From Eledone cirrhosa (taxonomy: Eukaryota), in NCBI GenBank assembly GCA_964016885.1, contig OZ024749.1, forward strand, positions 34,472,001 through 34,536,000: a DNA stretch of 64,000 nucleotides. Direction: 5' to 3'. The notes under the pieces are model-generated. The model did no database searches. It saw only the letters and a program-made list of their open reading frames with translations, and was not told where the DNA came from. The number at the start of each line of letters is the position of its first letter. Position 1 is the first letter of the stretch. A program made the translations under genes and the position numbers. This document shows positions 26,637-41,194 of the stretch, piece by piece.

Positions 26637-27099
26637 GTAAAGTATTAACTTTCATTATTGAATGCTAACCTTCAAATCCCGCCAAGTTTAATTTTGCCTT
26701 TCATCCTTACCAGGTCAATAAAATAAAGCACCAGTAATGCACTGGGGTAATTGTAGAAACAATTATTGAACACTAGATTTATATTATGACTAGGGGCAGA
26801 TATGGCTGGGTGGTTAACAAATTCACTTCCCAACCAGCTGGTTCTGGGTTTAGTCCTTCTGGGTGGCAGTTTAGTCTCAGGTTTACCAATACCTTGGGAG
26901 TGAAATTTGGTGGATGGAAACTGCAGAGCAATTTCTTACATCAAACTTGGAGCAAAAAATGTTGTTGTTATGAATCCCAAACCATTATTTGAAGAATTCT
27001 TATCAGCCAGACTTCAACACCCGATCTCTGCTAAGCCTACTTGAGAATATCTCCAGACATCAAATCAGACATCTCAACATCAACAAAGGCCAAATTCAA

Positions 27100-27252
27100 G
27101 TTGCTGACGTTGTTGTTGTTGCTGACGTTGTTGTTGTTGTTGCTGGTGTTGCTGACGTTGTTGTTGTTGCTGCTGGTGTTGCTGACGTTGTTGTTGTTGC
27201 TGCTGGTGTTGCTGACGTTGTTGTTGTTGCTGGTGTTGCTGACGTTGTTGTT
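27100..27252. repeat. compound (GTT/GCT) triplet repeat
   Basis: gctgacgttgttgttgtt(gctggtgtt) units. Confidence 0.85.
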
Positions 27253-29999
27253 CTGTCTGGTTGTTGTTCTGCTTCTCATTGCAGAATCAAAATAACACCA
27301 GACATTACAGTCAGTTTTGTTGTTATTATTATTATTGCTAGCAAATAAATGAAATCGCCTTTTTGAGATCATAAGGTGATGGAGGCTTTCATTAGTCGGA
27401 CATGTGAAACGTCACAATGAACCTGCTGGCAGAGTTCTTTTCTGGAAACCAGATATATGCAGATGAGCTGGAAGACCAACAACCATGCTGAAGGATGTCT
27501 TTGAAGATTACACCGGGTTGGAGGCAAAGGGACTTCAGATGGATATGCTGGGCAGGATGAGCCAGAAGAACTTAATTATGGCATTAGTAATGGATGTATG
27601 GAGGAGGAGGAGGAGTAGAACAACAACAACAAGCAGAAATCTGATCATAGTTTATTTTTACTACCTTCTTAATGACTTTCAGCATTTGATTCAGCAGGTT
27701 GAAGCCTTTATTGTTGTTCGAATATATGAAAACTTATAAAAATCTGGGCAGAGGTAGTTAGAGCTCATCTCAAAATACTGAACTTTACAAAGAGGATGAT
27801 GAAGGAATGCTTCAAGTGAAAGAAGTCTGTGATGGAAACAACCCATCCAACCCACGCAAGCATGGAAAAGCAGACATAAAAATGATGATTATGATGATTT
27901 CTAGCTTTGGTAAAATGCCACAAATTTTGGTTGAAGTTTATAGTTCATTTAGTTGACTCAAGTATCTAGCATGGCTTATATGTAATGACCAAAGCCAGTA
28001 AAACAATAAAAAAGAATGTAGGAATATGCTAGAAATGTAGGTATAAGGATTTTGCTGCTTCTGTGTAGATATTAGCTTATTTAAGTTTATATTTGTATAC
28101 TTATGTAGTTGAATGGACTATTTCCTTTCCTATTAGATTTGTCTGCAATATTCCCAAATATAAAATATATTATTACAAAGAAATTTGATGGCAATGAATC
28201 AACTATCCTTCCTGGACAATTGTCAGAAATAATTAATCAACATAGCAGAAAATGGGCAGAAAATATTTCTTTTTATTTTCTATTTGTTAACTTAAAGGTC
28301 ACTCACATAAAAAAGAAAAATATACTACTCTACTTTGGCAATAAAAAGGAAATAAAAAGATTTAGAATGATTAAAAAAAAATGATACCTTTGAAGCACAC
28401 ATTAAACTGTTAAATATGCACTTCCTCTCCATCAAGAGAAACTTTATATTTGAAGAAAGAAATGTAGACTAATGTATCTTACAGCTATTTTATTACAATA
28501 CTAAGAAACTCCTGTAAATCTGGGTTATACTACACTAAGCATGCAATAGTTGATGAAGTCAGTAAATTAAGACACCAAAGTCCTGATTGGCTAGAATTAA
28601 TATGAAAAAAAAAAAAATTGCAGATCAAGAAAGATAACTGCCTCTTTACTCTATGACAAGACTGTGGGTTATCTCCTCTAAAATAATTGTTTCTACTTTT
28701 GGCACAAGGCCAGCAATCATCTCAGTGTATTACTGGAGTATTTGTTCACTATATATTTTAAGTTCAAATTCTATCTTTCTGGTTTGATAAAATAAAGTAC
28801 TAGTTAATACTAGTTAATACTGGAGTTAATGTAATCAACTTTTCCCTAAAATCTGCTGGCCTTCTGTCTAAATTAGAAATGAAAACGAATTTGGAGCAGT
28901 AATTAGAATCACCTCTGTTTCACAGCCAAACCAAATGAGTTTTATTCAATGCACTGCAGAAGATGACGGAATTAAAACTAGGAAAATACATGACTTGACA
29001 TCACTGAATAACTAAAACAATAATTGTTTCTACTTTTGGCACAAGATCAGCAATTACCCCAGTGCATTGCTGGTGCTTTATTTTATCGACCCAGCAAGGA
29101 TGAAAGGCAAAGTTAACCTCGGTGGGATTTGAACTCGGACCGCAAAGGGCCGTACCACTATGCTGCAAAGCATGGCGTCCGACCTACTATCAATACTGCC
29201 AATCCATCGCCATTATAACTAAAACAAAAATGACAACAGTATGTTTCCCACACATTATGTTGGTCTTTAAAGGTTATGAAACAAATTACTCTCATTATGT
29301 TCATACTGTTATTAGATTAATTAAACCTGTTATATTTTATTTCTTTTCTTTTTGTTTCTTTTTCAAAAGTAAGGAAAAATATAGGCCTTTTTTTTTTATT
29401 AGTCCCACATGTCTTTTCAGCCTGTGTAAGGATTTTATATCTTCTCTGCACTTATGTTCAATGTTCATACTGTTTACATATGTTTACTTATTCTACCTTG
29501 GGTTGAGAAGCTCCAGAAGGGCACAGACCAGTGTAATAAAGGCAGTAGAGGAAAACAGATGTTAAATGATGACAACAACAACATTCAGAAAGAAGTGATA
29601 TTAGATATGTTATTGGAAGGAACACAGCATATAATTGAGGTGGTTAAAAATACAACATGGAATGATGAGAAGAAACTCAAGGAGATTCAGTATGACATGG
29701 TGTGTGACAAGGTTGAACACTTCAGCTACGTCAAAGACGTGATAACCTCCTTAGTGCTAGTACCATGATAAGTGCACTTGGTAGAATGTGTTGGTTCCCA
29801 GCCCATGTGAAAGTTCAGTAGCTCCACTTAAGTACTGACTCAGTTGGTGAAAACCCATCCAACAGTTGCTAGCAGGGAAGACAGATATTAAATGATGATG
29901 GTAACGATGATGATGAGAGACAGAGAGAGCATAATTTTAACAATTAATAGCTAAGATCTAACATTATATGGGGCTAATGTCACAAACTAAAGCTTTTAA

Positions 30000-30207
30000 C
30001 CCTTTAGCATTTAAACTGGCCATATCTGGCCAGAATTCTCTCACCTCTTTCTGTTCAAACTGGCTGTAACTGGCTGCTCATACTGATGTTAAGATATTGT
30101 TCTCAAAATAAATAACATCAAAATCTCATAGTTTCCAAATTATGTGAGGTAAAGACTTTACCATGAAAATACAATAGTAAGTGTAGAGTAATGTAAATGC
30201 TAAAGGG
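30000..30207. mobile_element. piggyBac-type MITE (TTAA TSD, TIR CCCTTTAGCATTTA)
   Basis: ttaa|CCCTTTAGCATTTA...TAAATGCTAAAGGG|ttaa. Copies at 24745-24965, 35534-35747, 39505-39720, 49152-49371 and 53816-54022. Confidence 0.85.
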
Positions 30208-30289
30208 TTAAATGAGGAAGTGTACTGCTTTAAAAACCTTTTTATTTTTTTTAAAGTTCTTTAATTTTCTTTTCTTTTCTCATATTTAG

Positions 30290-30448
30290 GGATCCCTTGG
30301 GAAAGCATTCAGTCGGAAAAGTAAGCACATGGAATCTAAGGATACCAATAATATTGACACACCAGTCAATATTAAACAAAATATTCTGGATCCAGTAACA
30401 ATGCAACATAAACCATGTAACCTTGATTTCTCTTCCACAGCTGTGTGA
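30290..30448 (+). CDS. KAZN: kazrin terminal coding exon (stop TGA 30446-30448)
   Basis: Long polypyrimidine tract then ttAG. Encodes GSLGKAFSRKSKH...LDFSSTAV*, phase 0, ending in an S/T-x-V motif. Confidence 0.8.
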   Translation, partial: GSLGKAFSRKSKHMESKDTNNIDTPVNIKQNILDPVTMQHKPCNLDFSSTAV

Positions 30449-33400
30449 TAGTGCCAGAGGCCAGACTGTCAAACTATGTGCAATTCTCTAATATTTTCTA
30501 CCTGTTACATCACAACAACTTTTAAGATGGTCGCTAAATATATTACTAAGAAGGTACCCAACATTTTTATAGCGGAAGTTCTTCTTTTTTTTTTTTTTAA
30601 ATACATTTTTTAGTTATAAACATATGTTCATCTTTTTTCAACTCGAAACATTTATTATCATTAATAATAATACCATCAATTGATATTTGTATTTAACATA
30701 TACTACATGGAGTATTTAAAGAAACTCTTCAAATTGAATCCAGAGCTAATTTTCTTGCCAAATACTATAAATCATGCAATCGTTAATTTTTAGTTTTGAA
30801 GTTTGTATTATTCCAAACATATATTGAGACAAAAAGCTGAGATTTTAAACTTAGATCAAGAACTTTTAAACAAACAAAAAATATTTTCTTGTTATAGATA
30901 AATTCCAATGCTTAAAATAAGGTTAATTAAACATTGACAGAAGTTTAAACGTATCTTTTCTTGTAGTAAATTAATATATATCTGAACAAAATTTATTAAA
31001 ACTGCATGAAACTGCAAATAAATATACAGATTTTTGATTTTTTAATGCCATTTAAAGAATAAGTGTAATGAAATTATATTTTGAGGAAAATACTAACTAC
31101 ATATATTTTTATTTACCTTTCTAAACAAAAATTTTAAATATAAAAAAATTTGTAACATTTAAAAAAATTAGTAGTGAATATTTTTAAGTTATGTATATGC
31201 TTGAAAAATGCCCCGCGATTGATTGTTGTGTCAGAATAAATACATTGATTATATATATTAAGCATACTAAACTAAATATAATGACATTTAAAAATTATAT
31301 TTTGTAATCTTTTCTCTCCCCTTTTTATACAAAGAATATGGCTCTATGTTTTAAACAGAATATATTCAAAATTGATGTTTCTAATCTATATTTTACTAAA
31401 TGTTGAAATTATATTACAAAAGGTAATGGAAAGTTTCAAATGTATTCACTTTAAAAGCATATCTTTATATATTGAATTTTTTGTTGGCTTAACTCTCAGC
31501 AACTTCTACAGTAATGTATCTATCTAGAGAAACAAAATATTGAAAATAGTCTTCTATGATAAGTTCTTTGTCGGATTTCTCTGTCATTTATGGAAAATAA
31601 ATAGACAAACATTGCTAATAAAGATAGAGAAAATTTGATGTAATTAACTCCCTTGACCAAACACCCGAAGACTACGAAAACCAAGTAGCCAATCAGAAAC
31701 TAACAAGGACTCTTCTAGGATACTTTTCTCCCCTTTTTTCATGAGTACATACAGGCTGGAAAGGGAGGAAAAAATCAGATACAAGAAAGATATATATATA
31801 TATCGATACCTATTAAAACTGTAGAAACTTCATAGTAGGGCAAAAAATCCCTATGATAATTCTTCTGAATTAGACACAAGGGGAAGAGGAAAGGCAATTA
31901 AATCGACCCCAATGCATCACTGGTTCTTTATTTTATCGACCCCGAAAGGCAAAGCTAACCTCAACGGGATTTGAAATCAGAATGTAAACTGCCGTAACTT
32001 CCCTATAATAGTAATAATTGTTCCTACTTTTTGGTACCAGGACAGTAATTTGAAGAGCACGAGGAAAGTCAATTAAATCGACCTCAGGCATTACTTTATA
32101 TTTTCGACCCTGTAAGGATGAAAGGAAAAGCTAAGCTCAGTGGAATGTAAAACACTATACACACACACACATATTAGTTGAACATTTATAAAATATGATG
32201 AAGACTATTAATGAGGTGAGAATAAGACTAAAACATGTCAGGAGTTATCTCCCATACTTACTAGAAGATGGAAATAATATTAAACATTGGGTAATATTTA
32301 TTTCTAGTTAGACTTTCACTAAATATATTAAATTCAGTCTGAAAATTAGGCCTTATTTTCATATAATAATTTAGTGTTTGATGTTTGGAACGTTTTGCAG
32401 CAGCTGTATTTTAAAGGCCATCCTCCACCTCAATTGAGATTGAAAAGATGGACAGCAAAATGTGTTTCTCTCTCTTTGTGAGAATTCAATCAAAGTGAAG
32501 CTAATTGCTAACTAATTTCGTTTAAATTCGCCTTCACTGTTCTTAGCTTCTACATAAGGTGATGTTTACCTTTATGGTATACGCCATTATGGATTAGCAA
32601 AAGTAAACCCTATCTCATTAGCAATTAGCATTTGAAATTCTTTGAATGGATTTATCATCTGCTCAGTATTTCTTTCATGTGTAATAAGAGAGAGAAACGA
32701 AGATGATAATAATGACAATAAAAGAATGCAGGGGTGAGAAAAGTATGAGTTTTGTACTCATCTTGATTTTCGATGATGTTTTTCTCTCTCCCAGTACATT
32801 CTGTAAAATGACTGCTGATAGAAAAGGCATCCAGCTGTAGAAAACTTACCAAACAAAGGGTGAGAGGGATGTTTGAGCTATATCAAAGACATGACAACCT
32901 CCCTAGTGGTGATACCACGATAAAACACACTCAGTAGAGAGCAGGGACGTATGTAAATGAGATGCAGATCCCATCTGAGAGATAAGGGGCTATAGTTGAA
33001 AACTGACTTGGTCCAACTAACCCTTGCTAGCAGGGAAAACAGATGTTAAACAATGACGATGATGATGATACCAATGATAAAAGTTATTTAGGGTTAGAAT
33101 TATACAAAATGCCATCCATATTTCTCATTAACTCTTTCTTATGAAATACACAGTATTTTGATTAATTGATAAAGAATTTTGAATGATTTACTTAAATTAT
33201 GTATTATTTCATTATTAAAATAGTATTTAGGGCAGTAAATTAGTAGTGGATTGGCAGTGTTGGTTAAATACTTAGCAGTGTTTATTCTGGCTCTTTATGT
33301 TCTGACTTCAAATCCCACCAAGGTCAACTTTGCCTTTCATCCTTTTAAGGTTAATAAAATAAAGTTCTAGTAAAGTACTGGGGTTGATATAATTGACTAT

Positions 33401-36400
33401 CCTCCACCCACAAATTGTTTGCTTTATACCTAAATTAGCATTTTTAATCTAACTTAATATATGCTTCCCTTATAAAATTATATTGGAAGATTTTAATTTA
33501 AATAAGATCCCTTTAAAATGGGTGGTTTTGTTTCTTGGAAGCAGAGTCAGTTTTGAGTGGGCTGGTATAAAAACAGTTAATATCCCTTTACATTTTGTGT
33601 TCAAATTTTGTTGGAATCAACATAAATAAGAACCAGGGGATTAATTCAACCAACTACACTCTGCTAGAAAATTGGTAATTTTGTATTAATGTAAAAAATA
33701 ACTCTTTATTATTAGATGGCAGAATTGGTTGAGCAACAAAAGAAATATCTTTGCTGTTTTTAACAAGGTCCCCATTACATTATGAATTCAAATCTTCTTT
33801 TCATATTTCTTATGCCAATAAGGGTGACTTAATAATTTTACCATTACTGCGGTCAACTTAATCAGCTCCCTTCCAACACCAACATCACAAAAATATTCTT
33901 AAAAAAAGGGACTTTGTAAAAAAAAGATGTCATTGTGACTTCATTTCTTACCAGTATACACACCAGCATGGCCAAATGGTAAGAAGTTTACTTCACAATC
34001 ATTAGGTCCCAAGATCAATCCTACTGTGTGGCATATTGGGTATTGTGTAGACAGTTTGGAAGTCTGTTGGATGGACTGCACCTGTAATTCAAAGGGCTAG
34101 CCTTGTCACACCTTGTGTCATGCTGAATTTCTCTGAGAATTACGATATGGGTACATGCATCTATGAAATGTTCAGCTACTTACACATTAAATTAATGAAC
34201 AGGCTGTTCCATTGATTACCTACAGAAGTCCATTCCATACACACCATTTTATTTTTCTAGTTAGCAACTTAATTATTTTAACAATATTAAATAATATGAG
34301 TCTTCTAATATTCTAAAATTCTGGCAGTCTTACTTATCTTTGTAATTTGCAATTCCTTTTTAACGTAACTTCTTAATCTCATGTTTTTTACCAATGCTGG
34401 TTGATTAGGGTAATTGCGAAAATGACAAGAATGCTTACCACTGAGACTGTGTTGAGATAAGATACATTACTCTTAGAATCACTGTTCCTAGTTGGTATTA
34501 TTATTAGGTGTATTAAACTTTACAAATAAACAATTTATATAATTAAAACTCTTATTTTTATGATAAAAAAAAATAATACAATGTTAAAATATATATATTA
34601 AATGCCATCAATCTTCATAGAAATAATTCCCCAAATATTTCCTATTATATAATGAATTGTATGGACTGAGATATTGCAGAACTATAAATGGTTATAAAGT
34701 GTGCTTATCTAGGATTTTATCTAACAAAATATAATTTTGGAAGAATTATCAAGGTTGGAATGGCATTACCCCTACAAGCTTTATTATGGACAAACTATCC
34801 CTAAAAGCTTTAAATAATCATTCCATTTCAATTTTTTTTTCTGCTTGAGCTGGTTTGTTACCAGAGCTTTATAGTTCAATAAACAATTTTTTTTTTTTTT
34901 AAATTACCCTCCAAGGGAGAGGCGACCCGACTTAACATGTTGTCAACAGTTTTCAGTTCAACCAATAAATTCAAAATAATTGTTTGTTTGTTTTTTAAAT
35001 AAGATTTTGTCATTAGTATTTTGAGATAATGAATATATTTTCATGAAGAAATTATATAAAAATTAAATGAGTAAAAATAAGATTTTCAATTATATTTTGG
35101 TTTATATATTCTCATTATATTTTTAAGCATTGTATTTCTCAAATGCTGTATTTTAATACATTTTAATATCTGTGTGAAACTGAAAAAAACAACAAAAGTA
35201 ACCAATTATATGTTCGCCAGCAATAATCAGAAACAATGTTTTTACTTTTACCCTTGATTTTACTGTCAGTAATTCCTTCATATAATATGTCTTATTAACC
35301 CTTTAGTGTGAAGGCGTGTGGCTGGGTGGTTAGAGAATTAGATTCACAATCGTGAGGTTGTGAGTTTGATTCCCGGACCAGGCAATGCATTATGGCTTTG
35401 AACAAGACACTTTATTTCACATTGCTCCTTCTACCTGGAGTTGGGACTGATAGATAGTATTAGCAATTGGAAAGACCAATGGAAACATTGTTTCCTCGGT
35501 CCAATTTGACAAAAGTCGATCGTTCCTTTTTAACCCTTTAGCATTTACATTACTCTATATTTACTATTATATTTTCACAGTAAAGGCTTTACTTCACATA
35601 ATTATCTCACATAATATTGATTTTGATATTATTTATTTTGAGAATAATACCTTAACATAAGTGTGAGCAGCCGGTTATGGCCGGTTTGAACAGAAAGAGC
35701 TGAGAGAATTCTGGCCGGATATGGCCAGTTTAAATGCTTATTATGGGTTAAGAGAAGAAATTACTGTCAGTAATTTCTTTATATAATACGTCTTATTGAG
35801 AGAAGAAAACAAAAACTAAAACAAAAAAAAAAAACAACAGTATATCTATGAAAATATTGTGTATGTCTGAAATTTATACAAAAACTGGTGCATATTAGCT
35901 TGTGACAGTTACATCTATGGTTGTGGCACTATCAAGTGAATATATATGCATGTGTGTGTGTGTGTGTGTGTGCGCATGAAATTATGTGTCCATGCTAGAA
36001 TCCCATCAAATATTGTAATCACATTTGTTATTATTAGTATATAATTATTTGTTACTTCACCTTTTTTAAAATATGTGTGAGACCTGTGTGATTGTATTAT
36101 TATTATCATTATTATTGCTGGCCTTGTGCCTATAGTAGAAATCATTATTATTATTATTATTATTATTTCGCAAAATCAGAAGGTCGGATCCATGCTTTGC
36201 AGCATAGTTATGGCCCTTTGCATTGCGAGTTCAAATCCCGCCGAGGTTAACTTTGCCTTTCATCCTTACGGGGGTTGATAAAATAAAGTACCAGTAATGC
36301 ACTGGGGTCGATTTAACAACTTTCCCCTCCCCCCAAATTACTGGCCTTGTGCCCAAATAAGAAACCATTATTATTATTACTGTAATGCATTATTGCTGGC

Positions 36401-37174
36401 CTTGTGCCAAAAGTAGAAACAATTATTATTATTATTACTGTCTTTTTAAAAAGGGGGCAGTTGATTGGCAGAGTTGATAAGGCGCTGGACAAAATGCTTT
36501 GTGGCATTAGTTACAGACTTTAACAATCTGAGTTTAAATCATGCTGATGTCAACTTCACTTTTTTCTCCTTCCAGGGTAGATAAAATAAAGTACTAGTCA
36601 AGTACTGATGTTGATATAATTGATTTTTCCCTCCCCACAAATTGTTGGCTTGGTGCCTAAATTAGAAATCCTTATTACTCATTTTTCTTAAAAATGTTTT
36701 TAAAAAATTAATTTTTTTGTGACCAGTTATTATTTTTAATCATCATCATCAGCTATTGTTACCACTCCTAGAGATCTCAAACTGTTGAAACATGTCTCAA
36801 TTCACAGCTGAGTTATATAACTATATATGTATATATGTATGTATATATGTATCTATGTATGTATGTATATGTATATATGTATGTATGTATATATGTATCT
36901 ATGTATATATGTATCTATGTATGTATGTGTATATATGTATGTGTATATATATATATATGTGTATGTATATACGTATGTGTATATATGTATATATATATAT
37001 GTGTATGTATATATATATATATATATATATAAAGAAATATCGATAACATTTATCTGTTAATTCTTCAAAGTTACATTTTAAACTTAGCTCCGTTTAAATG
37101 ATTATTTATCTAGTGAAATTCTACGGACTAAGAAGAAAAACTGGGTAAATTTTATCTGAATGTTCTTCAAACTT

Positions 37175-37256
<82 letters not shown>

Positions 37257-37885
37257 TTGATTGCTATTCACAACCATACAGATAATGTACATTCTAGCAT
37301 CATCATCATCATCATCAGCTCTCAACTACAATACTGAGAAACTGAAATAAAGTATTTCAAATTCTGTTGAACTCACAGAAAAAATAGAAAATGTAATGAT
37401 TAAGGTTGCTGCAGTGAATTGAGCAGAAAAGAAAAAAAATTGATCTATATGTGTGAATATGAGATATTGATTATTAAATTTGTTGTTATATAATTTTTAT
37501 TTATATTTTTAAAATGTTGTTGTAAAGATTTCCTTCTCAGAATATCTCCTTATCTCCTTATATATATTCTTATTAATATATATATGTATATATATATATG
37601 TATATTTATATATGTTTATATATATATGTATATTTATATATATATATTTATATATATATATATTTATATATATATATATTTATATATATATATATTTATA
37701 TATGTATATATTTATATATATATATATTTATATATGTATATATATATATATATGTATATTTATATATATATATATATGTATATTTATATATGTATATTTA
37801 TATATGTATATTTATATATGTACATTTATATATATTAATAAGAACGATGAAATTTCGTTTACATGTATTTAGATTTTTATTGTGT

Positions 37886-37984
37886 ATCGACCCGTTACGC
37901 GCATTTCACAGATGATTGGCTCAGGGTCACCCATAGAAGTTATGGACCCGACTCCATTATTGATCTGCTCTTCAGACTGGCGAT
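37886..37984 (-). ncRNA. type I hammerhead motif with extended stem II and GCGC stem III loop
   Basis: AUCGCCAGU-CUGAAGA-GCAGAU...AUCUGU-GAAA-UGCGCG-UA-ACGGGUCGAU, followed by AATAAA and flanked by (TA)n. Confidence 0.65.
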
Positions 37985-38003
37985 GTGACAAAAGATATAT
38001 GCA

Positions 38004-38097
<94 letters not shown>

Positions 38098-38389
38098 CAG
38101 AGAGAGATTATAGAGGAATTGTTAATTAGTGTTTAATTTATTAGAATCGATATGGATTGTGTGTTATGTTGAAGTTATTAGTGTGTAATGGTGTGTGGCA
38201 TTGTTCAGTAATGGAAGACTGTTGTTCAGAAGTGGAAGATAGAGAAGTTGATTAGTCTAACAACATTGGTTCTAACTGAAAATGAAATATGTGAGAAGAA
38301 TAATCACTTTTGCATGATCACTGATTGAAAAATATATTGATTGATAGATAGATAGTTTGATTGATGATTGATTGGAGTGGGTTGACAAT

Positions 38390-38890
38390 GACTGATTTCT
38401 TCTGCTGTAAGAAACTTGTTGGAATGAGAAAGTTTTGTCTGCAATCCTTCACTATTTCAGCTAACTCTGTCGGAAGCAACTGTTTAGCAAGTATTTATAT
38501 TGACTGTGTGCGTTCATTAAGATCACACATGTGGAAGTGTTTAAGTATAGCTTCTCTTGGCAGCCATTCTCCATTCGGAAAAACCTGTTAGAACTAATGA
38601 GTCTGCTTGAAGAGTATGTATAAGGTTGGAACTTCAGCTTTCTTGCATAGAGCATGTTTTTAGTAAACTTGTCCATATAAACGTTTATGGTGAATGTTAG
38701 GTATTACATGTACAAAGAGTTCAGCCCTGATTCCTGGTAGGAATATAGGGTATATGTATTTAACCATAACCACTTTGTAAATTTGGACAAAGAGGTTGCA
38801 GCCTTCTCAGTGTGTCTGTTAAATTTGCTCTCAGTGGAGAGGTTGTCATAGATTCTAGTAAGAATATGAACTCGTGGACAGTCACCATTT
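38390..38890 (-). mobile_element. highly decayed RTE/BovB-like RT fragment
   Basis: Encodes DNLSTESKFNRHTEKAATSLSKFTKW...AEVPTLYILFKQ...RMENG...VASDR with frameshifts. Confidence 0.6.
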
Positions 38891-39898
38891 CGAGTAATAA
38901 ATTCATCTTAGTCAAATTAAAATATGTTCTGCTGAGTTATTTAGTTAACCAAAATATGTAAAAGAAATCTATTAGTTAAACAAGTCAAAAACTAGTAAAA
39001 AAATTACTAGTTAAAAATGTTAAAAATCTACTAGGTAAACATATTAAAATATTACTAGTTAAACATGTTAAAAATTACTAGTTAGATAAGTAAAAAAAAC
39101 TACATTAATTACATTTGTTGTTTATCCAATTCAGAAATACTAAGCAGTCATGCATGATTTATCTGGTTTCTTTACCTATGTTAGTTTTAAAGAAATATTA
39201 ATTCAAACATTGCCTTTTCAGATAACATGAAATAAGAAATTATATGAACTTTCTTCAAATTATGCCACATCAATTGTTTTTTTGTTTTTTGTTTTTTTTA
39301 ACTTCATTTTTCTTTTGAACTATCTTTTGATACACAAAATGACCGGTATTTTTATTTTATATTGTACAAAATGAATTTTTTAATGATGCTGTTTAAAGTC
39401 TGTATTATTCAATATGTATATATGGGATCAAAATTAGATTTTGTAAAACATCTCTGAAAGTGTAATAAAATAATGAACTAATTATTTATGACTTGTTTCT
39501 TTAATCCTTTAGCATTTACATTACTCTATATTTACTATTATATATTTCACAGTAAAGGCTTTATATCACATAATTATTTTACATAATATGGAATCTATGA
39601 GATTTTGATATTATTTATTTTCAGAACAGTTCTTTAGTATAGCAGCTGGTTATGACCAGTTTGGACAGAAAGAAGTGAGAGAATTGTGGCTAGATTATAG
39701 CCGGTTTAAATGCTAAAGAGTTAAGATGTAGTTTGCTCGAAGCATTGTGTAAAGTGTACACAATAGTGTTTTGTTTGAAGGTTACAACATTGTGAATTGG
39801 TAAATGTTAGAAATATGATAATAACAATGATGGGATGTTGCCTTGCAGTTATATATATTATATATATATAATATATATATATTATATATATATAATAA

Positions 39899-40087
39899 GG
39901 GCAGTGGATTGGCAGTATCAGTAGAGGGTCGGACGCCATGCTTCGCAGCAAAGAGTTACGGCCCTTTATGATCTGAGTTCAAATCCCGCTGAGGTTAACT
40001 TTGTCTTTCATCCTTATGGGGTTGATAAAATAAAGTACCAGTAATGTACTGGGTAATTGCTGGCCTTGTGCCAAAAGTAGAAACAAA
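39899..40087 (+). mobile_element. SINE family A
   Basis: Same head and core as the 45412 copy. Confidence 0.8.
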
Positions 40088-40109
40088 TATATTATATATA
40101 TATATATAT

Positions 40110-40500
40110 TATCATCATCATCGTTTAACGTCCATGTTCCACGCTTGCATGGGTTTGGACGGGAGTTTTCCCACTTGAGGCAAGAGTGGTTGTCTTGCTC
40201 GCATAGGACTGTCTGGCGGGTTTTCTACGACTGGATGCCCTTCCTAACACCAACCACATTTACAGTGTGGAACTGGGAGGTTTTTACCGTGTTACCTACA
40301 CGGCCACATTACAGCGTGGACTGTGTGTTTTTTTGTCGTGACACCTACACGACCTCATTTGTTTCGGCCTGGATGTTGTGGTACCAACATAACTTTACAT
40401 TGAAAGGGGTGGTGTGGATGTGGTGGGGGTAGTGGGACGGGGTGTATTTTGTTAGAGGTGCCTACTGACTGTAGTAGGTTTTACTTTGTATTTAGGTAAG
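40110..40500 (-). mobile_element. SINE family B
   Basis: Reverse complement of the 10695-11075 copy. Confidence 0.8.
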
Positions 40501-41194
40501 ACGGGTCTTCTCTATTACTGTGTAGCGCCAAAGATCTCGGTCCAGTGACATTGTTTTGGAGAGGTGTAAGTGTGTGAGGTCGGAATTTATCAAGTCATCC
40601 CAGGTTTTTCTGGGTCTGCCTACTCCGTGGCTACCGTCTATTTTTATTGCCCTGCACTTTTTTATACAGAATGACTTTTCATTATAGTTATTACGTTATA
40701 CTATTAATCCGTTAATTACAAAATAACGGAAATAGAATTAAGTCAGATGAAAGTAACATATCATTTGTAATCGCTTCAAAGTAGGAAAAGTGGTTTCATA
40801 ATGAGCTCAAGTCACTTAAACAAAACCTAAACTTACTTGATTTAATTAGCCAAGAATATATAATGTATTTTCCCATTGAAAATATTAGCAGGGAAGACTT
40901 TATCTGTTGGAGAATACGATATGATAGAAGAAAAAGAAAAGAAAAGAGAGCATAAATCTGTTCTTTTTTTAAATTACCGTTATAATAGATCGATTTCTAT
41001 CTAACGGTGTTGTGGGTATTTGAAAATCATTCCCTGGCGATTTCTGTAGGGCACGGATGGACAGCTAATAGTTTAAGAGTTTAACAGTTTTAATTTACGT
41101 AATGCCCAGACAACATCATCAATTGGACGAGGAACAGAGAAGACATAAATCTCTAACTTTGATCGTAATTAGATCATAGATTATTATGATTTTA

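Noticed and set aside
26989-27372. Poly-Val/Leu/Asn ORFs
   Set aside because: Triplet repeat in a kazrin intron with no splice-compatible role.
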